Source of the DNA: a virus
DNA: 64,000 nucleotides
Virus record (IMG/VR): IMGVR_UViG_3300020477_001475
Coordinates: 1-64,000 of that record
Direction: 5' to 3' (one strand)
Positions 21,537-31,206 of the stretch are shown here, one piece after another. Made by a program: the position numbers and the translations under genes. Below the pieces are notes generated by a model. The model had not been told where the DNA came from. It saw only the letters and a program-made list of their open reading frames with translations, and did not search any database. Every line of letters starts with the position of its first letter. Position 1 is the first letter of the stretch.

Positions 21537-21925
21537 ATTTTAAATTTTTCCTTTATTATTTCTTCCAATTGTTCTTCTGTTGGTGCACCTGGCATCATAG
21601 CAGGTTTATCATCTACAGGTAAAAATAACAATGTTGGTACACTCATAATACCCAATTCCACAGCAATCTTTTGTTCATCTTCTATATTCATTTTATAAAA
21701 TGCTATTTTATCTTTATATTTTTCTGCAAGTTTATCTATTACTGGTGATAATACTTTACAAGGACCACACCAAGTTGCATGAAAATCTACAACAGCGGGT
21801 ATCTTACCTAAAAACTTTGGTTCTTCCACATCAATATCCATAACCTTTTTCGTAAAGTTTTCTGTATTTAAATCTTCTACTTTAACAGGTAATTCAGATG
21901 CAGGCATTTTTACAACTATAGCCAT
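21533..21925 (-). CDS. trxA: Thioredoxin
   Basis: VDFHATWCGPCK active site, SVPTL cis-Pro motif. Confidence 0.92.
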   Translation of the reverse strand: MAIVVKMPASELPVKVEDLNTENFTKKVMDIDVEEPKFLGKIPAVVDFHATWCGPCKVLSPVIDKLAEKYKDKIAFYKMNIEDEQKIAVELGIMSVPTLLFLPVDDKPAMMPGAPTEEQLEEIIKEKFKI

Positions 21926-21927
21926 AA

Positions 21928-22125
21928 TTATTTATCCTCATTATCAAACAAGTTTAATTGCTTGTCGTTTATTTTATTTATATGTCTATCCAAATCAGTA
22001 TATAAAACTATTGATTTTTCTTCAAAGTAATTTAATATAGCTTTCGATATGTGTTCACGAGCTGCTTGACTCGACAAATTATGATCTGGATAATTTGATA
22101 ATACATAACTTATTTCTTCTATCAT
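21928..22125 (-). CDS. Small protein, NLxSxxxR family
   Basis: HNLSSQAAREHI; paralogs at 35391 and 57388. Confidence 0.55.
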   Translation of the reverse strand: MIEEISYVLSNYPDHNLSSQAAREHISKAILNYFEEKSIVLYTDLDRHINKINDKQLNLFDNEDK

Positions 22126-22568
22126 AATCCAACCTTCCCATTTAAGAAATCTTTTTGTTTTTGATAATCTCTTTTAAGTTTTTGTTTTTCCTTATAAGCC
22201 TTAGCTCTTTTTAAAAGTTTATCATCCTTATTAACTTTCTTTCTTTTCTTTGATGGTTTCACTTTAGTAGGTTCAAGAGTACCCTTTAAATCAGGTTGTT
22301 CTACACCTTTGTGAAATACATTTCCATCTTTATCTACAAATTCATTCATCCAATGCCATCCAGCAGGTCTACCTGTTGGTTTGTGTGTGTATGTCTTTGG
22401 CAACGAATCTGGAAATGAATTTAATAATGTTAGTGTTACACAAGTACTACAAGTAACTGATACTACATCATCAGATACAGATACATAATTACTTGAACAT
22501 TTTTTACATTGCATATAGGTTATCCCTTCTTCTTTGAATGTTATATACCAATCTTTTTGTTTTTTCAT
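22122..22568 (-). CDS. Zn-ribbon conserved hypothetical protein
   Basis: CKKC...CSTC, GRPAGWHWMNEFVDKDGNVFHKG, basic tail. Confidence 0.65.
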   Translation of the reverse strand: MKKQKDWYITFKEEGITYMQCKKCSSNYVSVSDDVVSVTCSTCVTLTLLNSFPDSLPKTYTHKPTGRPAGWHWMNEFVDKDGNVFHKGVEQPDLKGTLEPTKVKPSKKRKKVNKDDKLLKRAKAYKEKQKLKRDYQKQKDFLNGKVGL

Positions 22569-22583
22569 TTTTCATTACCTCAT

Positions 22584-22618
22584 ACGTTAATACTATTTAT
22601 ACATATGAGTCAACGTTT
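22584..22618 (-). promoter_or_regulatory. Early promoter (AAACG-TTGACT-N18-TAACGT)
   Basis: Member of a 10-copy promoter family. Confidence 0.7.
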
Positions 22619-22620
22619 TT

Positions 22621-22881
22621 TTATTTTTTATTTTTTTTTATCCGTTTACCCAATTTGGACTCATCTATACACATTTTATTATTACCATATGTCATTTTAT
22701 TTTTAAAATATACAGAATGGCAGTGGTCAACACCACAATATTCAGGACATTGATATTTTCTATCTACTATTACTATTGTCTTGTCATAATTATAAAAATA
22801 TTTCTGTGGACCTGTTTTATCTGAAATAAATCCTATAATTGATGCCAGTACCACTAATATTATATCCGATTGTGAAATCAC
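22621..22881 (-). CDS. Small membrane-anchored Cys/His protein
   Basis: TM helix, CPEYCGVDHCH; AGGAG RBS. Confidence 0.5.
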   Translation of the reverse strand: MISQSDIILVVLASIIGFISDKTGPQKYFYNYDKTIVIVDRKYQCPEYCGVDHCHSVYFKNKMTYGNNKMCIDESKLGKRIKKNKK

Positions 22882-22977
22882 CCTTTTCTCCTCTAGAAAT
22901 AGATATAATGGAGAAAAACAAAACCCTCTTATCCGAGGGTCTTGTGTTCAAAAAGTGATATGTGACATATAATCTAT

Positions 22978-23157
22978 TTATAATTCTTCAAATTCAGCAT
23001 CAATTACTTCATCTAACATATAAAATATATTTTGATTATTCTTTAAAACCAAGTCACACCCATAACTAGATTTAAGATTATTAGGGTCATTAACAAGATG
23101 AGCTTTCACCTTGTTAACAACTACCCACTTTTTTCCTTGAAACTCAAGAAATTCCAT
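22978..23157 (-). CDS. Small hypothetical protein (59 aa, below the track cutoff)
   Basis: MEFLEFQGKKWVVVNK...EVIDAEFEEL; ATG overlaps the hsp20 stop. Confidence 0.6.
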   Translation of the reverse strand: MEFLEFQGKKWVVVNKVKAHLVNDPNNLKSSYGCDLVLKNNQNIFYMLDEVIDAEFEEL

Positions 23158-23618
23158 TAACTTATTTTAACGAATTTCTTTTTTGGTTTTTCAGGTTCAA
23201 TCTTTGGTACTGATATAGATAACATACCATCTTTAAATGTAGCCGATACATTTTCACCATCTAAATATTCACCAAGATTAAAAGACCTTTTAAATGCAGA
23301 TTGTTTTAATTCTCGTGTAATACATTTACCACCATCAGAATCAAATCCATGTTTATCACCTGATATAATTAAAACTTGATCTTCCACTTCAACTGATACA
23401 TTCTTCTTATCCAATCCAGGAATTTCAGCTACGATACCTATTTTGTCATCGTACTCATAGACATTCACTTTTGGATAAGATCCTTTATTAAAAGATACTC
23501 CAGTTTCTTCTTGAAAAGTTGGAAATGTTTTATTTACAAGTTCATCGAATATTGCATCGAATGGGGTTAAAAATTCATCTCGGTTGAGATGCTTTGGATT
23601 TACTACTATTCTAGTCAT
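23157..23618 (-). CDS. Small heat-shock protein Hsp20
   Basis: YPKVNVYE, AEIPGLDK, FKRSFNL, ATFKDGMLSISVPK. Confidence 0.95.
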   Translation of the reverse strand: MTRIVVNPKHLNRDEFLTPFDAIFDELVNKTFPTFQEETGVSFNKGSYPKVNVYEYDDKIGIVAEIPGLDKKNVSVEVEDQVLIISGDKHGFDSDGGKCITRELKQSAFKRSFNLGEYLDGENVSATFKDGMLSISVPKIEPEKPKKKFVKIS

Positions 23619-23730
23619 TGTTTTTTCTCCTATTATTAATTAACTATTTAGTCTAACTAATTGAATTATCCTCCTTTGAGCTATAATTCAAACCTATACT
23701 ATATACTGTACAATAACTATACCAAACTAA

Positions 23731-24300
23731 TTATCCAAACACTCTTGTCATAATGTCTGACAATTTGTCAATAGGCATATAACCTTTTTTATGATTATTG
23801 ACATTCCAAGTTTGTTTGAAACAAATAGGTTGACCATTATTGATAGATTTCTTTTTGAATTGCCCTAATTTTGATGGTGAATCATCAATCAAAACATCAA
23901 CATCAACTAAATGTTTTTTATGTGTAAATATAATTTCATCAAATCCAACAAAGCCCCATCGTTGTAACCAAGCTTCCGTTGGTTCTTTACAATGTTCTCT
24001 TTGAGCTGATACTAATACTAATTCGTGACCATTCTCAATAGCCCACGCTCTTAGTTTAGGCCAATCTTCAAATGATGATTGTATTGGTGGACATTCTGGA
24101 CCAAACAAATCTAAAAAATTATCTTCAAAGACATATTTTTCAGTTTCATCTTCAGACCAAAATGGAAGCCATTGTTCCCAATCCCAAGAATGTGGTGTTA
24201 GGATTTGATCGACATATTCCGGATGATTTTCTTTAATGTGATTCGTTAGGTGTGGAATGAAATCTCGTAAGACACCATCACAATCTATTCCTATTCTCAT
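23731..24300 (-). CDS. HAD-family 5'(3')-deoxyribonucleotidase
   Basis: RIGIDCDGVLRDF, DVLIDDSP. Confidence 0.85.
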   Translation of the reverse strand: MRIGIDCDGVLRDFIPHLTNHIKENHPEYVDQILTPHSWDWEQWLPFWSEDETEKYVFEDNFLDLFGPECPPIQSSFEDWPKLRAWAIENGHELVLVSAQREHCKEPTEAWLQRWGFVGFDEIIFTHKKHLVDVDVLIDDSPSKLGQFKKKSINNGQPICFKQTWNVNNHKKGYMPIDKLSDIMTRVFG

Positions 24301-24326
24301 ATATATTACCTTTATCTTTACAGTAA

Positions 24327-24362
24327 ACGTTACGAAAGTAATTATATATAAGTCAACGTTTT
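24327..24362 (-). promoter_or_regulatory. Early promoter (AAACG-TTGACT-N18-TAACGT)
   Basis: Promoter family member upstream of the nucleotidase. Confidence 0.7.
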
Positions 24363-24780
24363 ATTTATTTTTATCGTCTGATGGGTATATTCCCATATTT
24401 TTCAATGATTTCATTAATGATTTGAATTCTTTATGTGCTTTATTTTTTTCTCTCTTTTGGTAATATTCTTCAAATAATTCTTCAGGTGTTTTCTTTTCAA
24501 CTTTTTTAGGTTTAGATGTACGTTTAGATTCTTTATCAAATTCAGTATATATCTTGTATAGATATTTTAAATTATTTTTAATATCTTTATTTATTTTAGT
24601 TAAATCTAATTCATGAACTGGTACATCTGTTATTTGATTGGCGTCCAATAATTCTCCAATAATATCTTGTAAAAAACCTATCAATTGTAAATTATTTTCT
24701 TCCAGAGCTTCATTTTGTAAATCATCCAGAAAATCTAATAACATACTTACTACATGTTCTTCAATTATTCTATATTTCAT
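24361..24780 (-). CDS. Hypothetical protein
   Basis: 139-aa ORF with GGAG RBS. Confidence 0.6.
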   Translation of the reverse strand: MKYRIIEEHVVSMLLDFLDDLQNEALEENNLQLIGFLQDIIGELLDANQITDVPVHELDLTKINKDIKNNLKYLYKIYTEFDKESKRTSKPKKVEKKTPEELFEEYYQKREKNKAHKEFKSLMKSLKNMGIYPSDDKNK

Positions 24781-24850
24781 ATCTACTCCATTTTAAAAAA
24801 ATATTTATCTTGTTACTAATAAATATAAAGTAATTTATATTTATACACAA

Positions 24851-25315
24851 ATGAGTACATATTCTACAAGAAAAAGAAGATTAAAATTAATCAATGAAAT
24901 GTTAAAATTTTATGGATTGAATACATCAGTGCAATTTACAAATAATATAGTAGATAATATCAACAGAAAAAAGTTTAAATACATGCCCAAAAAAATTATT
25001 ATAAGATATATGGGTCCACCAGATTCTATTCACAGAGAAACTATATACGCTGAATATATATTTGATACAGATACAATAAGATTAAATGAATCAGCTTTAA
25101 AAAATGATGATGAATTTTTAGTAACATTATTACATGAAATGGATCACGCTAGAATGTCAAGAAACCATGGTAATAACAAATTTAAACAAATGTATATAAC
25201 CGAAACAACAAATAAAGAAATGAGTGGTAACGACGGTTATTATTCTAATAAGTATGAATTACAAGCAGAAGAATGGGCTCATAGTGAATTATCAAGATGG
25301 CAAAATAAATTATAA
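24851..25315 (+). CDS. Zincin-like HExxH metallopeptidase
   Basis: LLHEMDH and NKYELQAEE; the only convincing plus-strand gene; paralog at 28950. Confidence 0.75.
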   Translation: MSTYSTRKRRLKLINEMLKFYGLNTSVQFTNNIVDNINRKKFKYMPKKIIIRYMGPPDSIHRETIYAEYIFDTDTIRLNESALKNDDEFLVTLLHEMDHARMSRNHGNNKFKQMYITETTNKEMSGNDGYYSNKYELQAEEWAHSELSRWQNKL

Positions 25316-25328
25316 AAATTTAACTAAC

Positions 25329-26414
25329 CTATTCACATTCCATAACATTAGTCTTTTTATTGAGTGTTCTATATCCATTAGGACATGTAGAATCTGCATG
25401 ACGAAATTGTTGTTTACCATATGTAGCTCTTGAAGCTGAACGTCTTTGTTTATTATTCCTTCTAGCAACTTTTCTATTTACAGTTCTATTATAATTTCTA
25501 CCACGTCTTCTAGCAACACCACGTCTTGAAGATTTACCTAATCTTCTAACTCTGTTGATTAAATTCTGACCTTGTGATGATTGTGGGCCTAAAATATCAT
25601 TTACCATTTGAACTAAATCAACAACATTGATTACACCATCTATATTATAATCAGCTAATTCCAATTGAAGTTCTGTAGCTGGTGTACCTGATAATACATG
25701 ATTTACTACTTGTACAACATCAACAACATTGACCACACCATCTTGATTCCAATCACCCATCATAGGACCAGGAGCAGAATTATTTGTTGTACCAGGAGTA
25801 GGAGGTATAAGATCTCCATCACATCTTTCTTCACCCCAATTACCACCATCAGTTATTCTAGCATAACTACAATTATCACTATCTACAAGATGTCCATCCC
25901 AATATATTTCATCAACTAAATTACCGTCTTGGTTAAATAATTGTATACCATCACTACCACCTAACTTTGTTGGTACATGTAAATAAGTTCCATCGAAACA
26001 AGGTGGACCTATATCTTCTACACATTGCTGGGTTATACATGGTACAGGAATTGGATCATCATTTTCATCATCACCATCTACACAATCGTTAAACATCACT
26101 AACAAAAATCCATTGGCGGGTACTGATACACCAGCTGGTATATCCATAAAATCATAATCACCATCATCAGTTATATTCCATCCAGCTAAACTAACATCAT
26201 ATGCATTTGGATTATACAATTCTACCCAATCAGATGAATCACCTAATCCAGGAAACAACCTATCTTTAGATGAAAATTCATTTATATATATTACATCATT
26301 ACGTCCTCTACCTCTACCTCTACCTCTTACATTACCACGAATTGTATTTCTATTTCGTGTATTTCTATTTCGTGTTCTTCCACCCATTCTATTACGATTG
26401 TTATATGTTGCCAT
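25329..26414 (-). CDS. Lamin-tail-domain + dockerin protein with Arg-rich termini
   Basis: IYINEF..DWVELYNP..SLAGWNITD..PTPGTTN (LTD); GDWNQDGVVNVVDVVQ..ADYNIDGVINVVDLVQ (dockerin). Confidence 0.85.
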   Translation of the reverse strand: MATYNNRNRMGGRTRNRNTRNRNTIRGNVRGRGRGRGRNDVIYINEFSSKDRLFPGLGDSSDWVELYNPNAYDVSLAGWNITDDGDYDFMDIPAGVSVPANGFLLVMFNDCVDGDDENDDPIPVPCITQQCVEDIGPPCFDGTYLHVPTKLGGSDGIQLFNQDGNLVDEIYWDGHLVDSDNCSYARITDGGNWGEERCDGDLIPPTPGTTNNSAPGPMMGDWNQDGVVNVVDVVQVVNHVLSGTPATELQLELADYNIDGVINVVDLVQMVNDILGPQSSQGQNLINRVRRLGKSSRRGVARRRGRNYNRTVNRKVARRNNKQRRSASRATYGKQQFRHADSTCPNGYRTLNKKTNVMECE

Positions 26415-26425
26415 TTAATTATCTC

Positions 26426-27046
26426 CTACTTACAAACCATTTTATTTTTGGTGTTGTCAAATATTCTAAATCCACTCTTACATGTAGTATCTTTAACTTC
26501 ATATGTAGTTCTCTTAGCCCTATTATTGTTTTTTAAATTTTTAGTATTACGTCGTCTATTAACCCTTCTATTATATTTCCTATTTGGATTAGAGTTGGTA
26601 ACTCTAGCTTTTCTATAACCTCCATTATTGGATCCACAAGTACAATTCATTGTATTTAATGTTTGTGTTGGAGGACAATTTACATTAGGACATTGTCTAC
26701 TAGCTCTCTTACTATTCTTCTTTCTTTTATATTTAGCATTTGTAGATTTTCTATAACTTGTATCTACAGGTCTAGTACTACTACCAGCTGCTGTATTAGT
26801 ACGTTGTGATATTACATGTGAATGACCTCTAGCATTTTGAACTACCCAATTAGTGACAGTATGAACATGACCATTTCTTGGTCCGGCATTAGTTCTACCA
26901 TTACCATTACTATCTACAGTATATGAATGTGAATGACCATTGTCGTAAGATGTACTACCAGACCTAGTTCTATCCATCGAAGTTCTTCGTATTCTATTGT
27001 AACTCCTATTGCCTGTTCTACGACGTATCTTTCTATTATTGGGCAT
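26426..27046 (-). CDS. Arg/Asn-rich basic protein with His-repeat (GHxH) module
   Basis: GHSH, GHVH and GHSH repeats; very high Arg content; GGAG RBS. Confidence 0.7.
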   Translation of the reverse strand: MPNNRKIRRRTGNRSYNRIRRTSMDRTRSGSTSYDNGHSHSYTVDSNGNGRTNAGPRNGHVHTVTNWVVQNARGHSHVISQRTNTAAGSSTRPVDTSYRKSTNAKYKRKKNSKRASRQCPNVNCPPTQTLNTMNCTCGSNNGGYRKARVTNSNPNRKYNRRVNRRRNTKNLKNNNRAKRTTYEVKDTTCKSGFRIFDNTKNKMVCK

Positions 27047-27087
27047 ATTAGTTCTCCATTATATAAATATAAATATATCGTGTGCAT

Positions 27088-27118
27088 AAAAAAACCCTTT
27101 TTTTACAAAGGGTTTTTC
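27088..27118 (-). terminator. Rho-independent terminator
   Basis: AAAAACCCTTT/AAAGGGTTTTT hairpin. Confidence 0.7.
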
Positions 27119-27142
27119 AAGATACTTAAAATATATTATTAA

Positions 27143-27625
27143 CTAAACACCAGCCATCTTATCATTGTTAAATTCTGGACTTTCACTATCGATTAATATA
27201 TCTTCAAATGCTTTAGCTAATAATGTATCATCTATACCAAACCAAGTAAATAACCAATTATCCAATTTAGAATCAAATTCATACATTCGTTGTGCACAAG
27301 GACTATGAAATGAAGTACCACCTGGTGCCACTATTGTTTTACCTTCATTTAAGAAAACTTTTTTATGACCAGATCTTCTATCAGAAACCTGTTTACTATG
27401 ACCTATATATTTAGTAGACATTGTAATACTACCAGTTTCATCAAATAAAGGTTTATATAAAAATCTATAAACTCCAGTTTTACCACTAGCACCTATCAAT
27501 CGATCATTAACAAGAATAGGATCCGACCATTTAACCTTACCACCCATTAGAATCTTTGTACGAGCTATAGATTCATATTGATGTTGTAAAAGTTTATGAC
27601 CAGCTTCAATTAATAATTTTTCCAT
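27143..27625 (-). CDS. GIY-YIG-like nuclease
   Basis: GVYRF...KYIGHS..V..RR..H, with later E and PEFN. Confidence 0.6.
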   Translation of the reverse strand: MEKLLIEAGHKLLQHQYESIARTKILMGGKVKWSDPILVNDRLIGASGKTGVYRFLYKPLFDETGSITMSTKYIGHSKQVSDRRSGHKKVFLNEGKTIVAPGGTSFHSPCAQRMYEFDSKLDNWLFTWFGIDDTLLAKAFEDILIDSESPEFNNDKMAGV

Positions 27626-27724
27626 TATATATACCTTTCATTTATTAAATAAGGAAAATTTCTCAATCCAAAAGAAAGAGAAAGAAAAGGGTTAATATGT
27701 ATGATGGTGATAACCATACAGTAT

Positions 27725-27784
27725 ACGTTAATACTTTCCAGCTTATCTTACAACGTTTTTTCAAAGTTGTTACATATTGTTACA
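27725..27784 (-). promoter_or_regulatory. Early promoter plus upstream TGTAACA-N3-TGTAACA box
   Basis: TTGTAA-N17-TAACGT; direct repeat at 27768-27784. Confidence 0.7.
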
Positions 27785-28360
27785 TTACAACTTAACACCA
27801 AAACCCACTTTAAATTGAAAATCTTCTTTTTCATTATAATATTCATGTTTATATAAAGCAAATACATTTACATTATCAGTAAACCATCTTTTCAATTCAC
27901 TTTTTACATTGAATATTTGATTGTCAGATAAATCACTTCTTGCACTTATGTCAACAAAATATTCAAATTTATCTTGTTTAACTTTCTTAATAAAACCGAA
28001 AGAAGCCAAAGCTGAAGATTCACCGTCATTTGTATTTTCTTTAGCTGATATACCAATATTCCAACCATCTTCACTATAAAATCCAAGATTGTAAAGACCG
28101 TAGTGAATACCTTTACTGTTTTTATCTACATAATCAACTCCACCATACATATTATTATGTAATTTGAATTTAAACTTTCCAACAAAATCTAAATATTTTT
28201 CACCATATTCTCTTTCCCAATCTCTTTTTAAAAGATAAGTGAAATCACCATCCGTTTTTTCCGCTTTAGCCATAAATTCATAATCCAATGGTTGTGTTGC
28301 ATCGTTAGGTGTTCTTACACTAAACGATAATCCTATTATTGTTGCTAATAATATATTCAT
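27785..28360 (-). CDS. Outer-membrane beta-barrel protein
   Basis: Short signal peptide, alternating beta pattern, C-terminal FQFKVGFGVKL. Confidence 0.65.
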   Translation of the reverse strand: MNILLATIIGLSFSVRTPNDATQPLDYEFMAKAEKTDGDFTYLLKRDWEREYGEKYLDFVGKFKFKLHNNMYGGVDYVDKNSKGIHYGLYNLGFYSEDGWNIGISAKENTNDGESSALASFGFIKKVKQDKFEYFVDISARSDLSDNQIFNVKSELKRWFTDNVNVFALYKHEYYNEKEDFQFKVGFGVKL

Positions 28361-28378
28361 TTATCATCTCCTATATAT

Positions 28379-28723
28379 CTATATCAATTGTATTAACATG
28401 ATTATAACTGCTAAAAAAATAGTAACTATAGTTTTTAATGTTAATGTTTCACCTAAATAAAAATAAGTTAATAGTGGGAAAGTAAGCATCGATGTAGCAA
28501 ATCCCATAAATCTTACAGGCCATAATGTACCAAAACCATCATAACCCCATTTGGTTGCCAACCAGAAGAAATAACTTATAGGAACTCCCATTAAACAAGA
28601 AAATATAAGTGCTACATTACCTTTAGCCCAATCCCAAACTAATTGACTATTTAATTGAAACCATATTAATACATTGTTTATTGTAAACAAAATAATAGTA
28701 AAAACTATTTCCTTGTTTATCAT
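28379..28723 (-). CDS. Four-TM SMR/DMT-like membrane protein
   Basis: Four hydrophobic helices, YFYLGETLTLKT motif. Confidence 0.6.
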   Translation of the reverse strand: MINKEIVFTIILFTINNVLIWFQLNSQLVWDWAKGNVALIFSCLMGVPISYFFWLATKWGYDGFGTLWPVRFMGFATSMLTFPLLTYFYLGETLTLKTIVTIFLAVIIMLIQLI

Positions 28724-28935
28724 TTACTTCTCCTTAAATGTCTTTTTGCAGATTTAGACATCTTATTTGATTTCGCTTTCATAGGTTTGTCTGATACAGG
28801 TTGTTCTGCATCTCTAACCTTTTCCTTCCACACTGATTTTTCAACATAATGAAAACCTTCGTATGCAAGAATTTCAGCTTTATCATTGCTGACTCGTATT
28901 ACTACAGATTCATCTTGATTTGCCATACATTTCAT
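28720..28935 (-). CDS. Small hypothetical protein
   Basis: 71-aa ORF with RBS, coupled to the next gene. Confidence 0.55.
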   Translation of the reverse strand: MKCMANQDESVVIRVSNDKAEILAYEGFHYVEKSVWKEKVRDAEQPVSDKPMKAKSNKMSKSAKRHLRRSK

Positions 28936-28949
28936 AACTTATATCCCCC

Positions 28950-29345
28950 TTATTTAAATTTATTATACCATTGCTTCCAATTCTTTTGACCAAATTCTTC
29001 AGCTTCTATTTCATATTTATTATCTTTATATTGATGTTTATCATTAGCTATCTGGTAATTCATTTCCATTTCATACATATGTTTAAATTTCTTCCAACCA
29101 TATTTCTTTGCATCCATAGCATGCCTTATTTCATGTAATATTGTTATCAAGAAATCTTTCATTTGCCGTGATTTAATAGATTTATATTTTGACGATAAAT
29201 CAAGTATACCTCTATCAACATCATAGTGAGCATAATCATTCATCATCTTATATCTAATTCTAATATTACCCACTTTGTAGTATTTTAACAAAGTGGATAT
29301 GATATTATCTTTTTCTACTTGTGATATGAATTCGTTAACTAACAT
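28950..29345 (-). CDS. Zincin-like HExxH metallopeptidase (paralog of 24851)
   Basis: ILHEIRH, NKYEIEAEE. Confidence 0.75.
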   Translation of the reverse strand: MLVNEFISQVEKDNIISTLLKYYKVGNIRIRYKMMNDYAHYDVDRGILDLSSKYKSIKSRQMKDFLITILHEIRHAMDAKKYGWKKFKHMYEMEMNYQIANDKHQYKDNKYEIEAEEFGQKNWKQWYNKFK

Positions 29346-29405
29346 AAACCTTAAAAAGATCCTCCTCGAAGTTGCCTCCTGTCAATTGAAATATCGGCGT
29401 AACCA

Positions 29406-29876
29406 TTAAGTTGTTTTGTTGGTGTCATAGATACTACTCCAACACTTACCGCATAATTGGCCAGCACCTTCTACATAATAACGCCTATTATAAATATTAT
29501 CATTTTTATTATATTCCGATTCTTTATTACATGATACACAATTATCTTTTTCAAGTTTATCATAATGTAAACCAGTATTGCCGTTTTGCCCTATCACATC
29601 CATTCTACTATCTTTATTATCAGTATCAACCCACTTGACATGTTCAACGCCATCAATATTTTCCATTACTCTTCGTCGCATATAATGTTCTGCAGATACA
29701 TCTTCATCTATATCGGGTGTAGGTATATCATCTTCAACACCAAAGGAATCAATATCATTCATAAGTAATGATATATCATCCATGGTGCCTTCAATTGCAT
29801 ATTCATCCATACCATCTCTATCAGCCAACGAATCTCTAATTGTTTCTAATCTATACAACAATTTCTTAATAGTCAT
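29406..29876 (-). CDS. Hypothetical protein with C-terminal Zn finger
   Basis: CVSC...YVEGAGQLCGKC. Confidence 0.65.
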   Translation of the reverse strand: MTIKKLLYRLETIRDSLADRDGMDEYAIEGTMDDISLLMNDIDSFGVEDDIPTPDIDEDVSAEHYMRRRVMENIDGVEHVKWVDTDNKDSRMDVIGQNGNTGLHYDKLEKDNCVSCNKESEYNKNDNIYNRRYYVEGAGQLCGKCWSSIYDTNKTT

Positions 29877-29879
29877 AAG

Positions 29880-30509
29880 TTACACTCCAATATCATTCTT
29901 ACTCAAATAAGCAGTTATCTTATTAACATACTTTGAACTATATATGTAGTCTTCTTTATACTTTCGTGTATATGTAGGTCCTTCATTATAAGCTACTAAC
30001 GCACTTTCCACATCAGGAAACTCTTTCAATAATTTAGATAAGTACATAATACCTACAGTTACATTGACATAAGGATCATACATTTCGGAATGTGGTGTAT
30101 TGAATTCTTTTGCACATATAGAACGAATTTGCATTAATCCATGTGCCTTAGCGTGGCTTCGTGCCTTATAATTCCAAGCACTTTCGATGGAAATAACTGA
30201 TTTAACTAAATTATAATTAACATCGTATTCTTTACACAAACCATTTATATAAATTAATAGATGTTTAATTTTAGATAAACTCATACCAGTCCTATACGTA
30301 GACCGTATCTGTTTAGCTTCCGTTATATAATACTGATCTTGATCTTGATCTTGATCAATATAATACCCAATCATATTATAACTTTCGGGTGATGATGTTA
30401 TTTCATCCTTTTCACCTACTATTATACCTACTTTAAAGAATATAATTGCCATACTAAAATATAGACAATACTTGATATACTTTACAAACGGTTTAATATA
30501 ATGTTTCAT
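29880..30509 (-). CDS. Membrane-anchored lytic transglycosylase (SLT domain)
   Basis: IESAWNYKARS..AHGLMQI, ALVAYNEGP; N-terminal TM helix. Confidence 0.9.
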   Translation of the reverse strand: MKHYIKPFVKYIKYCLYFSMAIIFFKVGIIVGEKDEITSSPESYNMIGYYIDQDQDQDQYYITEAKQIRSTYRTGMSLSKIKHLLIYINGLCKEYDVNYNLVKSVISIESAWNYKARSHAKAHGLMQIRSICAKEFNTPHSEMYDPYVNVTVGIMYLSKLLKEFPDVESALVAYNEGPTYTRKYKEDYIYSSKYVNKITAYLSKNDIGV

Positions 30510-30561
30510 TATTTGTTCCTTTTTATTGTTATTGTTATTATTAAAATGTTAAACTAACGAA

Positions 30562-30876
30562 TTATTGATACAACCACCCACCATGTGGACCAGCTTGTTT
30601 ATAAGTATCTGAATCGTATATAGAACCACGAACCGGTTTCTTTGTTTTTAATTGTGGTGCTTTCCAAGAAGCTGGTTTAAAGATAAAACCAGTATCCTTC
30701 TCAACGAAACAATAAACTGATGTATCTTTTACTATCTTATCGAACCTACGACCTTTATTAATCTTGACATCTTCAGGCTTTTCAACCAAATGTGTTAATC
30801 CTGTTTTTTTATAATATTCAAGAGAATTAACTCTTATTGTTTCAACGAATTTATTTATTGCTTCTGAATAATTCAT
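30562..30876 (-). CDS. Conserved phage early protein
   Basis: GRRFDKI..SVYCFVEKDTGFIFKPASWKAP..RGSI motif, recalled as common in large marine phages. Confidence 0.7.
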   Translation of the reverse strand: MNYSEAINKFVETIRVNSLEYYKKTGLTHLVEKPEDVKINKGRRFDKIVKDTSVYCFVEKDTGFIFKPASWKAPQLKTKKPVRGSIYDSDTYKQAGPHGGWLYQ

Positions 30877-31190
30877 TATATAGTCTCCATATTTTCAATC
30901 ATATAATTGTGATTAATAACATATTGAAGTCTTTCCATTCCCCAATCAACGAAACTAGTTTCCCATACTAAATCACCATTTAAAAAAAGTGGTGTTAAAA
31001 AACCCATTAAATTATTACTATCTTCAATACTCATATTATTCCACCAATCATCATCAGTATCTAATAAATGAACACCCATCATTTCATCTGCTTCACCAGC
31101 TGTTTCAGGTGCTTCTGATATATCTTGTGGGAATACTAAACCTTCGTTGGTAACTGTAGAACCAACACTATTTAATTCAATAAAATTCAT
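30876..31190 (-). CDS. Acidic early protein
   Basis: 104 aa, D/E-rich, AAGGA RBS. Confidence 0.6.
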   Translation of the reverse strand: MNFIELNSVGSTVTNEGLVFPQDISEAPETAGEADEMMGVHLLDTDDDWWNNMSIEDSNNLMGFLTPLFLNGDLVWETSFVDWGMERLQYVINHNYMIENMETI

Positions 31191-31206
31191 ATTTTTTTCC
31201 TTTTCT

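Noticed and set aside
30335-30357. GATCTT microsatellite (also CCTCTA repeats near 26305)
   Set aside because: These are in-frame hexamer repeats encoding DQDQ and RGRG low-complexity tracts; nothing suggests phase variation.
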